Assembly: GCA_963845185.1 (NCBI GenBank)
Contig: CAWJRG010000005.1
Location: forward strand, 704,001 to 768,000
DNA from: an uncultured bacterium
GTDB taxonomy: Bacteria > Oederibacteriota > PGYV01 > CAWJRG01
Length of the DNA stretch: 64,000 nt
Direction of reading: 5' to 3'
Part shown: positions 52,226 to 60,631 of the stretch, piece after piece
Position numbering within the stretch: position 1 is the first letter of the stretch
Layout: every line of letters starts with the position of its first letter
Program-made: the position numbers and the translations under genes
The notes under the pieces: generated by a model
Told to the model about the DNA's origin: nothing
Databases searched by the model: none
What the model saw: only the letters and a program-made list of their open reading frames with translations

Positions 52226-53614
52226 ATGGACCATCCTATAGCCGCCATAGCTACATTCCCGGCCGAAAGTGCCATAGGCATTATCCGCGTTTCAGGCAGG
52301 GATATTTTCCCCGCGCTCGAAAAAATCTGCGAGTTTAAAAACAAATCAAAAAATTTTAAAACCGTCCCGGGGCAGACAGTGTCTTTGTGCCTTATAAAAA
52401 ACAAATATAAGATTGTTGATGAGGCGCTCGTGTCAATTTTTAAAGCTCCCGACTCCTATACCGGCGAAGACATGGCGGAAATCTCCGTTCATGGCAACCC
52501 TTTCATACTTTATAAAATCATAAATCTCCTCATGGAGTCGGGCTTTAAGATAGCCGAGCCTGGCGAGTTCACTAAGCGGGCTTTTTTAAACGGCAAAATG
52601 GACCTGTCCCAGGCAGAAGCCGTGCTTGATGTAATATCCGCCAAAAACGACCAGGCGCTTTCATTGTCCATAAACCAGCTTCAGGGGAAAGAAAAAAACA
52701 TAATAAAGGATTTAAGGGACAAAATAATAGACATTCTTTCGAAAACAGAGGCTGAAATTGACTTTGCCTATGAAGACCTGGAAAAAACCCCGGTTCAGGA
52801 AATTAAAAAGTCCATAGAAGGCATATCCGTCGAAATCGAAAAACTGATACAGAACGCGGACAAAGGCATGCTTTTGAAAAACGGCATAAAACTCGTGATA
52901 ACCGGCAAGCCAAATACCGGAAAGTCAAGCCTTCTTAACTGCCTTGTAAAAAAGGACAAGGCAATAGTCACGCACATACCCGGCACCACAAGGGATATTA
53001 TAGAAGACACGCTCATCATGGAAGGGCTGCCTTTCAGGGTATTTGACACGGCCGGCATAAGAAAAACAAAAAACAAAATAGAGGCTGAGGGCGTAAAACG
53101 CGCAAGACAGGCAATAAAAAATGCGGACATTGTTATTTTCCTCGCCGACGGCTCAAGAAAACTCTCGCTCGAGGACTTCTTGCTTTACAGGGAAATAAAA
53201 GGCAAAAAATATATTATAGCCATTAACAAATCCGACTTAAAACAGGCTTTTAGCCCTGAGGCTTTAAAAAAGCACCTTAAACTTGCAACTTTAAACCCTG
53301 CTCCTGTTTGCATCTCAGCCCTTAAGAAAAAAGGCATAAATGACTTAACAAAAGCGGTAAAAAATATTATAATTGACATATCTGGGTCAGGCGCCGAAGA
53401 AGTGACCGTGACAAACCTTAGGCACAAAAACGCGCTTATCTCCGCAAAAAAAAGCCTGCAAAATGCCTTAAAAGCCCTGCGGGATAATCTGTCCCACGAG
53501 TTTATAGCAGCGGATGTGAAGGAAGCTGCCAGCGCGATGGGCTCCATTATAGGCGAGGTTACAGCCGGGGACATACTCGAAAATATATTTAAAAAATTTT
53601 GCATAGGAAAATAA
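52226..53614 (+). CDS. mnmE: tRNA modification GTPase
   Basis: IAAIAT, SYTGED..E, GEFTKRAFLNGKMDL, GKPNTGKSS, DTAG, FCIGK. Confidence 0.96.
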   Translation: MDHPIAAIATFPAESAIGIIRVSGRDIFPALEKICEFKNKSKNFKTVPGQTVSLCLIKNKYKIVDEALVSIFKAPDSYTGEDMAEISVHGNPFILYKIINLLMESGFKIAEPGEFTKRAFLNGKMDLSQAEAVLDVISAKNDQALSLSINQLQGKEKNIIKDLRDKIIDILSKTEAEIDFAYEDLEKTPVQEIKKSIEGISVEIEKLIQNADKGMLLKNGIKLVITGKPNTGKSSLLNCLVKKDKAIVTHIPGTTRDIIEDTLIMEGLPFRVFDTAGIRKTKNKIEAEGVKRARQAIKNADIVIFLADGSRKLSLEDFLLYREIKGKKYIIAINKSDLKQAFSPEALKKHLKLATLNPAPVCISALKKKGINDLTKAVKNIIIDISGSGAEEVTVTNLRHKNALISAKKSLQNALKALRDNLSHEFIAADVKEAASAMGSIIGEVTAGDILENIFKKFCIGK

Positions 53615-53617
53615 AAG

Positions 53618-53710
53618 TACGTTGATTTTGTCGAGCGTCAACAGCGACGACAAAATCTTACGGACCCTTATACCCGCTCAAGTCCCGAGCGCAGTGAGGG
53701 ACAAGAGGTA
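53618..53710. repeat. Family B-related repeat fragment
   Basis: TTGATTTTG...GCGTCAACAGC and CCCGCTCAAGTCC...GGACAAG. Confidence 0.55.
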
Positions 53711-53715
53711 TAAAA

Positions 53716-54237
53716 ATGCTTACAAGAAAAATTTTACTGGCAATTGCCTGCATAGCTGCTTTGGCCGTGATAGTCCATTTCACCATTGTACGGCCTCAGG
53801 CCGGGATTGCTTATTTAAGGCCCGGCGACCGGGTGCAGGATTTTATTATCGGCATGAAAAACAGCACGTTGTACAGGCTAAGTGACTTCATAGGAAAATA
53901 TATCCTTGTAATTACATTCTCCAGCGACAATGAAAACTCAATTAAGTTCCGCGAAAAGACAGAAAGCGCGATAAAAAAACTTGTTTTGCCTAAAAACAAT
54001 ATTGCATGGTTCAGTGTCGAAAAAGACGGCATTCATGCCGTGATAAACGAAATAGCCGGCGACAGCGCCGGCGCGTACAGGACCCTATATTCGAATATAC
54101 CGAAATTTTATTATTTCTCATCCTATCCTTCGCTGATTGTCGTTGATAAAAAAGGCATGGTCGACATGGTCTATACGGGCTACTCCCCCACCATGGTCGC
54201 TGATGTCAAAAAGGCTATAGAAGAAATGCTTCAATGA
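53716..54237 (+). CDS. Membrane-anchored redoxin-fold protein lacking CxxC
   Basis: L.PGD...DF, LSDFIGK..LV.F, YP...VVDK.G. Confidence 0.6.
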   Translation: MLTRKILLAIACIAALAVIVHFTIVRPQAGIAYLRPGDRVQDFIIGMKNSTLYRLSDFIGKYILVITFSSDNENSIKFREKTESAIKKLVLPKNNIAWFSVEKDGIHAVINEIAGDSAGAYRTLYSNIPKFYYFSSYPSLIVVDKKGMVDMVYTGYSPTMVADVKKAIEEMLQ

Positions 54238-54587
54238 GAAAAAGAAACCGTAGCGCTTATGTACTTTTATTTTTTTCTTTTGTGCTGGCCATAATCGGCT
54301 TATTCCTTGCCAGTGACGCTTATTATAAAAACCTCAGCATAACAGTCGCAATAAACCAGATTGAATTTTTCAGGGACCTGCCTTCAGTGGTAAAAGCCCA
54401 AATCCTCCCCCTGCCCCTGTATCAGGAAAATCCGGTTCTTGAGCACAATAAAAATTTAAAAGCAGTATTTACTGGCGGATATTACAACGGCTCGCTGTCA
54501 ATCAGGCAGGTAAAAATCAAAGTTTGCAGGGATTACAATCAAAAAGTTGAACTATTTTCCCTCGTAGACGCGAGATTGCGCCAATGA
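54234..54587 (+). CDS. Hypothetical protein, N-terminal TM
   Basis: ATGA overlap with the previous gene. Confidence 0.65.
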   Translation: MRKRNRSAYVLLFFSFVLAIIGLFLASDAYYKNLSITVAINQIEFFRDLPSVVKAQILPLPLYQENPVLEHNKNLKAVFTGGYYNGSLSIRQVKIKVCRDYNQKVELFSLVDARLRQ

Positions 54588-55078
54588 GAAGGCCAAGACT
54601 TATTTTTTTAACTGCAATAATACTGCTGGCCGCGTGGTTTCAGTTTTTACTGACCGGTATTCAGATAAAAATCTCCTCTTTTGACAAATTTATGAATATC
54701 AAAACCAAGCTTGAACGCGTCGCGTCTTTTTCATGCGGCACGGCGCCTGTTTTAAACAATTTGTCCGAAGCCGAAGATACTATAATACTGCAGTTGCCCG
54801 CTACAAATTCGAAGTATGAGGTTATCCCGGATTCTTTCGATTACGTGGCCGTAATTTATAAAAATAACACTCTTTCAATATCGCTTTTCCCAGGTTTTTT
54901 GAGCGCGCGACAGCACGAAAGCATTTATTTCAGGAGCCTGGAACATTTCCGCCTGGGTTTCATGGATAACCTTTTCTCCTGCGCCTGCAGTATTAACGGG
55001 AATTACTTTTATTATAATTTTTTTATTAATAAAAATTTGTATCTTATATCGCACGGCCAGAGGGGCGAAGTGCTGTGA
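54584..55078 (+). CDS. Hypothetical protein, N-terminal TM
   Basis: ATGA overlap. Confidence 0.65.
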   Translation: MRRPRLIFLTAIILLAAWFQFLLTGIQIKISSFDKFMNIKTKLERVASFSCGTAPVLNNLSEAEDTIILQLPATNSKYEVIPDSFDYVAVIYKNNTLSISLFPGFLSARQHESIYFRSLEHFRLGFMDNLFSCACSINGNYFYYNFFINKNLYLISHGQRGEVL

Positions 55079-55395
55079 GAAGGTTCACATACGCCGTGGT
55101 AATTATGCTGGTAATAGTATATAACTTCTACGTTTTTATTTACGGCGTATTCCAGCAGTACAGGTCTCATGTTTATTACGTCGAGGCGCAAAAAAAATGC
55201 ATGCTTGACTCGGGCCTTGTTGTCGCGCTTCATTATTACGAGGACTCGGATAAAAAAATCCCGATTGAAAAAAATACCGAGATAAATGAAACCCCTGTGA
55301 GCTATAATATAAAGGAAATCGACGCAAATCACATTTCTATTAAAATATGGCTGCCCGGAACTAAAGACTACTTTGAATACGGGATGAAAAAATAA
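55075..55395 (+). CDS. Hypothetical protein, N-terminal TM
   Basis: GTGA overlap. Confidence 0.65.
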   Translation: MRRFTYAVVIMLVIVYNFYVFIYGVFQQYRSHVYYVEAQKKCMLDSGLVVALHYYEDSDKKIPIEKNTEINETPVSYNIKEIDANHISIKIWLPGTKDYFEYGMKK

Positions 55396-55490
55396 GGTAT
55401 AAAACAAACCTCCCTGGCCCCTCCTTGTTAAGGAGGGCAAGCAATTTCCCCTTTTAATAAAGGGGTATTAAGTGGGTCATAGCTGCAAAC

Positions 55491-55522
55491 AAAAAACCGC
55501 CGGATAAAACCGGCGGTTTTTT
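55491..55522. terminator. Bidirectional intrinsic terminator
   Basis: AAAAAACCGCCGG-loop-CCGGCGGTTTTTT between convergent genes. Confidence 0.85.
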
Positions 55523-55542
55523 GTTGCTGACCAAATAATAAA

Positions 55543-56214
55543 TTAATTTAACTCAATATCTGTAATCCGAATATCTACTGTATCTCCGTCAGGGCTTGTG
55601 AAATTCCAGTTGATATTGTGCGTGTTTTTCAATACGTCCTCAATTGATACTGTCTTTTTCGCCCATTTTGGCTGTTTAAAATCCTTCCTTAAATCAATCT
55701 TAACAGTGGTCCAATCTTTTGCTAACTTCTTGTTTATTACTGTTTCAAAATCCGCCCAGTCAGTCAGGGTTTTCATGTCGTAAGAATCTTTCTGGCACTT
55801 GCTTTCCATGTAAGGGATCACTACGGTAAGCCTACCGCCCGAAATTTCGCCCTTGATTTTAAAAGAAAGCGTCGAGTACTGGCTTAAATCAACAGGTACT
55901 GCGGCAGGGCAGCCTGATTTTTCATTGATGGTCACTCCCATACCGATGAAATCCCATCCAAGTTTATTTCCGGTCTGGCCTTTCATCCTCGCAGCGTAGC
56001 CCTTGCCGTTCTTCGCCATTTCAAATTTATTCGGTTCTGGCGCCACTGTCGAATCTCCGCCCAGGTTTGCGTCATTAAAAGTATACCACCATCCACCGCC
56101 AGAGGCCTGTGTTTGGCTGCCCGTTCCGTTGTCTATCACGAGCTTTTCCGCGGCATTCAAATTCATTGCCGCAAACAGCATTGCTGCCATTGCAATTATC
56201 CAAAATTTTCTCAT
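55543..56214 (-). CDS. Secreted CIA30/CBM11-like galactose-binding-fold protein
   Basis: Signal peptide; GG.WYTFND...GGDS, DLS.Y..L.FKIKG, W..V.I....FKQP.W. Confidence 0.75.
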   Translation of the reverse strand: MRKFWIIAMAAMLFAAMNLNAAEKLVIDNGTGSQTQASGGGWWYTFNDANLGGDSTVAPEPNKFEMAKNGKGYAARMKGQTGNKLGWDFIGMGVTINEKSGCPAAVPVDLSQYSTLSFKIKGEISGGRLTVVIPYMESKCQKDSYDMKTLTDWADFETVINKKLAKDWTTVKIDLRKDFKQPKWAKKTVSIEDVLKNTHNINWNFTSPDGDTVDIRITDIELN

Positions 56215-56288
56215 GTTTGTTTACCTCCTTTCCTTAGTATTTTTAAATCTTTTGTTTATCTTTGTTTCCGGCCGGGAAACTGATAACC

Positions 56289-57110
56289 TCAGTAGAACTC
56301 CAGCTTATCTATCCAAATATCAACCTTATGCCCGTCGCCGTTTTCATATTCCCACTTTATCAGATTTGCGTCTGAAAGGACTTTCTCTATATCAAACCTT
56401 TCGTCCGGCTTTACCCAGTCAGGCTGTTTTAAATCTTTCCTGAAATTTATTTTTACTTCTTTCCAGTCCGGGGTTATATTTTTTGTAATGTCTGCCTCAT
56501 AATCGGCGTAACTTGTCAGGCTCTTGCAAATCCCCCTGCTCTTGTCTATTACTCGCGCTTCATGAGGCAGTATAAAAACAACTCTCCCACCCTCAACTTT
56601 GCCTTTTATCTTGAATTTTATTCCTGTAAACCTGCTCAGGTCGATTCCAATACACTCGGGACATGTGGCGTGCGGGCTTAAAAATGTGTTCACACCGATA
56701 AAATCATATTTAAGTTTTGTGCCGGCTGTGCCTGTTATCCTTATGGCGTATCCCTTGCCGCTTGAGCCGGGCGAACTTTTTACGAAATTATTTTCTCCCT
56801 TTGTGGAAGCAGGCGGCCATACTGTCGAATCCCCTCCATAATAATGGTCGTCATAAGTGCACCAGATTCCGCCCAGTTCATTGAATTTGGTGTCAGTATT
56901 GTTATAATCTATTATCATATACGAGCTTACAGCGGCTATCGCAAGCACTACGGCAAAGGCAGGAATGAGCTTTATCGCCAAAACCGTCTTTTTTGCCTGT
57001 TTTTTTGACTTTAAAACAAGGGCTTTCTTTATATATGCCTTATTCTTCGGCATTGTTATGTCATCCAGCGCCGCGTCTTCAATCTTTTTTATAAAATCCT
57101 TGCCTTCCAT
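56289..57110 (-). CDS. Putative anti-sigma factor with external CIA30/CBM11-like domain
   Basis: About 45-aa cytoplasmic N-terminus, single TM, then a domain paralogous to 55543-56214; directly downstream of an ECF sigma. Confidence 0.7.
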   Translation of the reverse strand: MEGKDFIKKIEDAALDDITMPKNKAYIKKALVLKSKKQAKKTVLAIKLIPAFAVVLAIAAVSSYMIIDYNNTDTKFNELGGIWCTYDDHYYGGDSTVWPPASTKGENNFVKSSPGSSGKGYAIRITGTAGTKLKYDFIGVNTFLSPHATCPECIGIDLSRFTGIKFKIKGKVEGGRVVFILPHEARVIDKSRGICKSLTSYADYEADITKNITPDWKEVKINFRKDLKQPDWVKPDERFDIEKVLSDANLIKWEYENGDGHKVDIWIDKLEFY

Positions 57111-57130
57111 TTTAATTCGCCTCCTTAGAG

Positions 57131-57266
57131 ACCGTTAGTTTTGACGAACGTCAACAGTAGTCAAATAGTCCTGTGGACTATTTGACGGGTAGTTTCCATA
57201 CGTCATCTAATATCAATATAAAGACTACCCGTCAAAACCTTACGGGCTCTTGTACCCGCTCAAGTT
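57131..57266. repeat. Composite repeat: family A nested in family B-like sequence
   Basis: CGTCAACAG then GTCAAATAGTCCTGTGGACTATTTGAC...CTACCCGTCAAA then CCCGCTCAAGT. Confidence 0.75.
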
Positions 57267-57272
57267 CCAAAC

Positions 57273-57908
57273 TTATTTGGAACAAGTGGTAGTTCTATCT
57301 TTTATAATGCATGTGCCCTCAGAAGGTTGCACGCAGCCTGCTTCCACCTTTTTCCTGAGCATTTCAACGCCCCTTGAGATAAGCGATTTTACAGTCCCTT
57401 CTTTTTTACCCAGTATTTCGCATATTTCAGTGATTTTCTTTTGTTCAAGGAACCTTAGCGCGAGCGTTTCCTGGTATTTTTGCGGCAGTTCAAACAGCGC
57501 ATCCTTGATTGCTATATAATTCCGGTTGTTGTCGATCGCCGCCTGCGCCTCGGCTATTTCTTTTTCCAGATCGGCCTGCGATGCCGGTTCAGGCATATTG
57601 TTTTCTTCTATGGCCTGCTCAAGCGAAACCGGCTCGTATTTTTTCTTCCTGAAGTACTGGTTTACCTCGTTTGACGCTATTTTATAGAGCCATGCTGAAA
57701 AAGGCGCGCCGGTCCAGCGGAACTGCCAGAGATTTTTCAGCGCCCTGAAAAACACCTCGGAAGTGATATCCCTGGCAGCCTCCGCGTTTCCCGTGCGGTG
57801 AAAATTATATCTGAGTATTTTCGGGTAGTATTCCTCAAATAATTTCGCGAATGCTTCCGGGTCTTTTTTTGATTTCTCTACGAGCTGCTTTTCAGCCGCC
57901 CTGTCCAT
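57273..57908 (-). CDS. ECF RNA polymerase sigma factor
   Basis: AF..L..EY, A.DITSEVF..AL, FSAWLYKIA.N, LP.KY.E.L.LRF, EI.EILG..EGTVKS.ISRG. Confidence 0.93.
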   Translation of the reverse strand: MDRAAEKQLVEKSKKDPEAFAKLFEEYYPKILRYNFHRTGNAEAARDITSEVFFRALKNLWQFRWTGAPFSAWLYKIASNEVNQYFRKKKYEPVSLEQAIEENNMPEPASQADLEKEIAEAQAAIDNNRNYIAIKDALFELPQKYQETLALRFLEQKKITEICEILGKKEGTVKSLISRGVEMLRKKVEAGCVQPSEGTCIIKDRTTTCSK

Positions 57909-57965
57909 GCGTGCCTCCGAGGTTTGGCGCTTCAAAAGGTTTGTTATTTATATGCCTTCAAATAG

Positions 57966-57994
57966 TATAATACAAAAGGTGAAAAAAGGTTGCA
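57966..57994 (-). promoter_or_regulatory. Putative autoregulatory ECF promoter
   Basis: TGCAACC-N13-TGTATTATA; second copy TGCAACC-N13-TGCATTATA at 57303-57331. Confidence 0.7.
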
Positions 57995-58129
57995 TTTTAA
58001 ACCGTAGAAAATTAACTTTATTGAAAATATGAGGTGCCGGCAAGATAAAAATCTTGGGTAAAAAGGTTCTGATATTTTTACTTTTTAACAAAATTTATCT
58101 AAATATTACTTGATGCCTTTAAGACTCCG

Positions 58130-60556
58130 TTATTTGCCCCGAATCTCCCTGATTTTGTCATATGCCTGCTTGATTCCCAATTCTTCTGCCTTGTTTAAAT
58201 CTTCAATCGCTCCTTGCCTGTCGCCTAATTTATCTTTAACAACCCCGCAGTTATAATAGGCCTCGGCGTAATCAGGGTTGATTTTTATCGCTTCATCGTA
58301 ATCTTTGACAGCGCCTGAATAGTCGTTTAAACTGTATTCAGCATTTGCCCGGTTGTTATAAGCCGACGCATACTCCGGGTTAAGTTCTATTGCCTTGGTG
58401 TAATCATTAATCGCTTCTTTATAATTTCCCAGTTTCTTTTTTGCAACCCCGCGGTCCAGATACGCCTCCGCGTACTCCGGGTCAAGCTCAATTGCCCTGG
58501 TAAAATCCTGGATTGCCCCTGTGTTGTCGCCTGTTTTAAATTTGATATCTCCTGTTGAAAGGTATTTTTTCGCTTCATTATTATCCGGGCTGGCCTGCCC
58601 GGCAACCTGCGTATCATGGCCGCCGTATTTTTTTGTATTTTCAAACATTTCCTTTGCCATTGCTGAATTTCCGTCCTTTGAATAAACCTCGCCAAGCTCC
58701 TGATAAGCTTCCCAAAAATTTTCTTTTAACCCAATAGCTTTTTTCAAATACTTTATCTGGTAATCCTTGTCATTTAAATCCTTATAAATATAAGACAACT
58801 TATAGTAAAATATCGGTTCATTTGCTTTCATTTCATCCTTAAAAGGGAAACACATGGCCTTTTTGTAAATCTGCAGTGCTCCTGACAGATCTTTATCGTA
58901 CAAAAGCTCAATACCTTGCTGCAGCATACAGGAAAGATAGGCTATAACAAGTTCTGAAGTTAATCTGCTATGTTCAATATATTTATCATATAATCCCCGG
59001 TTATAAGAATAAAGTTCATATATTGCCGGTGACATTGGTTTATTGATTTTTAAGTATTCCTGCAGCAACCCTGTTTGTTTTAAATTATATCCCTTTAACA
59101 TCGAATATGTACTTTTGAATATGTCTATATTATTTCCGGCATAATAAGAAATAATATTATTTAAATTGTACCCCGGGTCATTTTCTTTCAGGGCAATATT
59201 CCCGTATTTTTTGGCAAAATTATCTATTCCCCATTTAAAAGCCAAAGGCTCTACAGGCATAAATTTTATATCCTGCCTTTGTTTTTCAATTATTTGAATG
59301 TAATAAAGCGGCATAATATAATTATCGCCCTCGCAAAGATATAAGCTGTTTTTGCTCATGGTTTTTAAAATATTATTGCCGAAATCATACGCCTGATAAT
59401 TGTACCTGTTGTTGTTGTTTTCGAAATTTTTATATCCAATAAATACTATCAGCAGGGATATTAAGGCTAAAAAAATATATCTGAAGGCCCTCCGGGTGAA
59501 AAATCCCAAAATAAAATAAATGGCGGAAATAATAAATAACATCAAAATATACTGGGACGGCATGAGAAAAATATCGGTACTCCACATCGTGACTTCTTCG
59601 CCGCGGTTGATAATAACAACCACAAAACTGATTATCAGAAAAGCACTTGTATAAAAGTAAAAAAGATTTTTGCTTTTCCTGTGCATAAAATAGCCGCCTG
59701 CAAATATTAAAACCCAGAAAATGGAATAATTATTTAACAAAAGCGTGAAAAACTCTTTTATTTGATATTCATATAAATGCAGACTTGGAGGCGGGACAAG
59801 GCCGTTGTACCCGGCCCTGAATATTGTCCACCAGAAATTTTCCCAGGTGTTTGGCCTTGCCATAAAAATAAAAATATTGTCTGTGCCGGATCTTAAAGGC
59901 AGGTAAAGATAGGGGCTTAGCCCTGCAAGCAGGAGTAATGCTGCTGTTATAATATTTTTCAGATTTACTTCCGCCCTGTATTTAAAACCCAAATATCCGA
60001 ATACTGGCAAAAGTATTATCATGCTAGGCCAGTGGTTTGCAAGCGAAAGCCCGTAAATAAACGATATAAAATATGGATATTTTACAGTAAATCCGCTAAA
60101 CAGTTCTGCGCTAAAATATAGCAATATTGCGAAAAATAAAAGGTTCAATATATATATCCCGCCCTTTGCCTCTGTTGCCTGGTTCCAGAAAATATAGGAA
60201 AAAGCGAGTATAAAAACTCCAAGGAAATTTACTGTTTTATTCTCATAACTCAAAATATGTAAACTAATTTTTTTAATAATAAAATACGATAATAACAGGA
60301 CTATCATTGCCAGAAATATTGCAAACGAGTTTACCCTGAAGGCCGGCGAGCCAACAGGCAATAAAGAAAACACCTTGCCAGCCATTGTAAAAAGCGGGTA
60401 TCCTGGCGGGTGGCTTATTCCAAGGGTATATGCGGATGTTATTGTTTCGGGTGAATCGTCGTTTTTAAACACGGGAAACATTGTGTAAAGGTACAATTGC
60501 GATATTACAATTAAGCATCCTGATAATATTATAACTTCCCTGTATTTTTTAATCAT
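58130..60556 (-). CDS. DUF2723 (TMEM260-like) GT-C membrane protein with C-terminal TPRs
   Basis: DDSPE.....LGISHPPGYPLF, GLSLANH, YLYLPLR, GDN...P..Y; C-terminal TPRs. Confidence 0.85.
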   Translation of the reverse strand: MIKKYREVIILSGCLIVISQLYLYTMFPVFKNDDSPETITSAYTLGISHPPGYPLFTMAGKVFSLLPVGSPAFRVNSFAIFLAMIVLLLSYFIIKKISLHILSYENKTVNFLGVFILAFSYIFWNQATEAKGGIYILNLLFFAILLYFSAELFSGFTVKYPYFISFIYGLSLANHWPSMIILLPVFGYLGFKYRAEVNLKNIITAALLLLAGLSPYLYLPLRSGTDNIFIFMARPNTWENFWWTIFRAGYNGLVPPPSLHLYEYQIKEFFTLLLNNYSIFWVLIFAGGYFMHRKSKNLFYFYTSAFLIISFVVVIINRGEEVTMWSTDIFLMPSQYILMLFIISAIYFILGFFTRRAFRYIFLALISLLIVFIGYKNFENNNNRYNYQAYDFGNNILKTMSKNSLYLCEGDNYIMPLYYIQIIEKQRQDIKFMPVEPLAFKWGIDNFAKKYGNIALKENDPGYNLNNIISYYAGNNIDIFKSTYSMLKGYNLKQTGLLQEYLKINKPMSPAIYELYSYNRGLYDKYIEHSRLTSELVIAYLSCMLQQGIELLYDKDLSGALQIYKKAMCFPFKDEMKANEPIFYYKLSYIYKDLNDKDYQIKYLKKAIGLKENFWEAYQELGEVYSKDGNSAMAKEMFENTKKYGGHDTQVAGQASPDNNEAKKYLSTGDIKFKTGDNTGAIQDFTRAIELDPEYAEAYLDRGVAKKKLGNYKEAINDYTKAIELNPEYASAYNNRANAEYSLNDYSGAVKDYDEAIKINPDYAEAYYNCGVVKDKLGDRQGAIEDLNKAEELGIKQAYDKIREIRGK

Positions 60557-60631
60557 TTTTGCCCTTTTATGTTTTACATTAATATTTATTAATGTACTTC
60601 CAAACCCCGCGTTCTTTTCTTTGCAGCCAGC

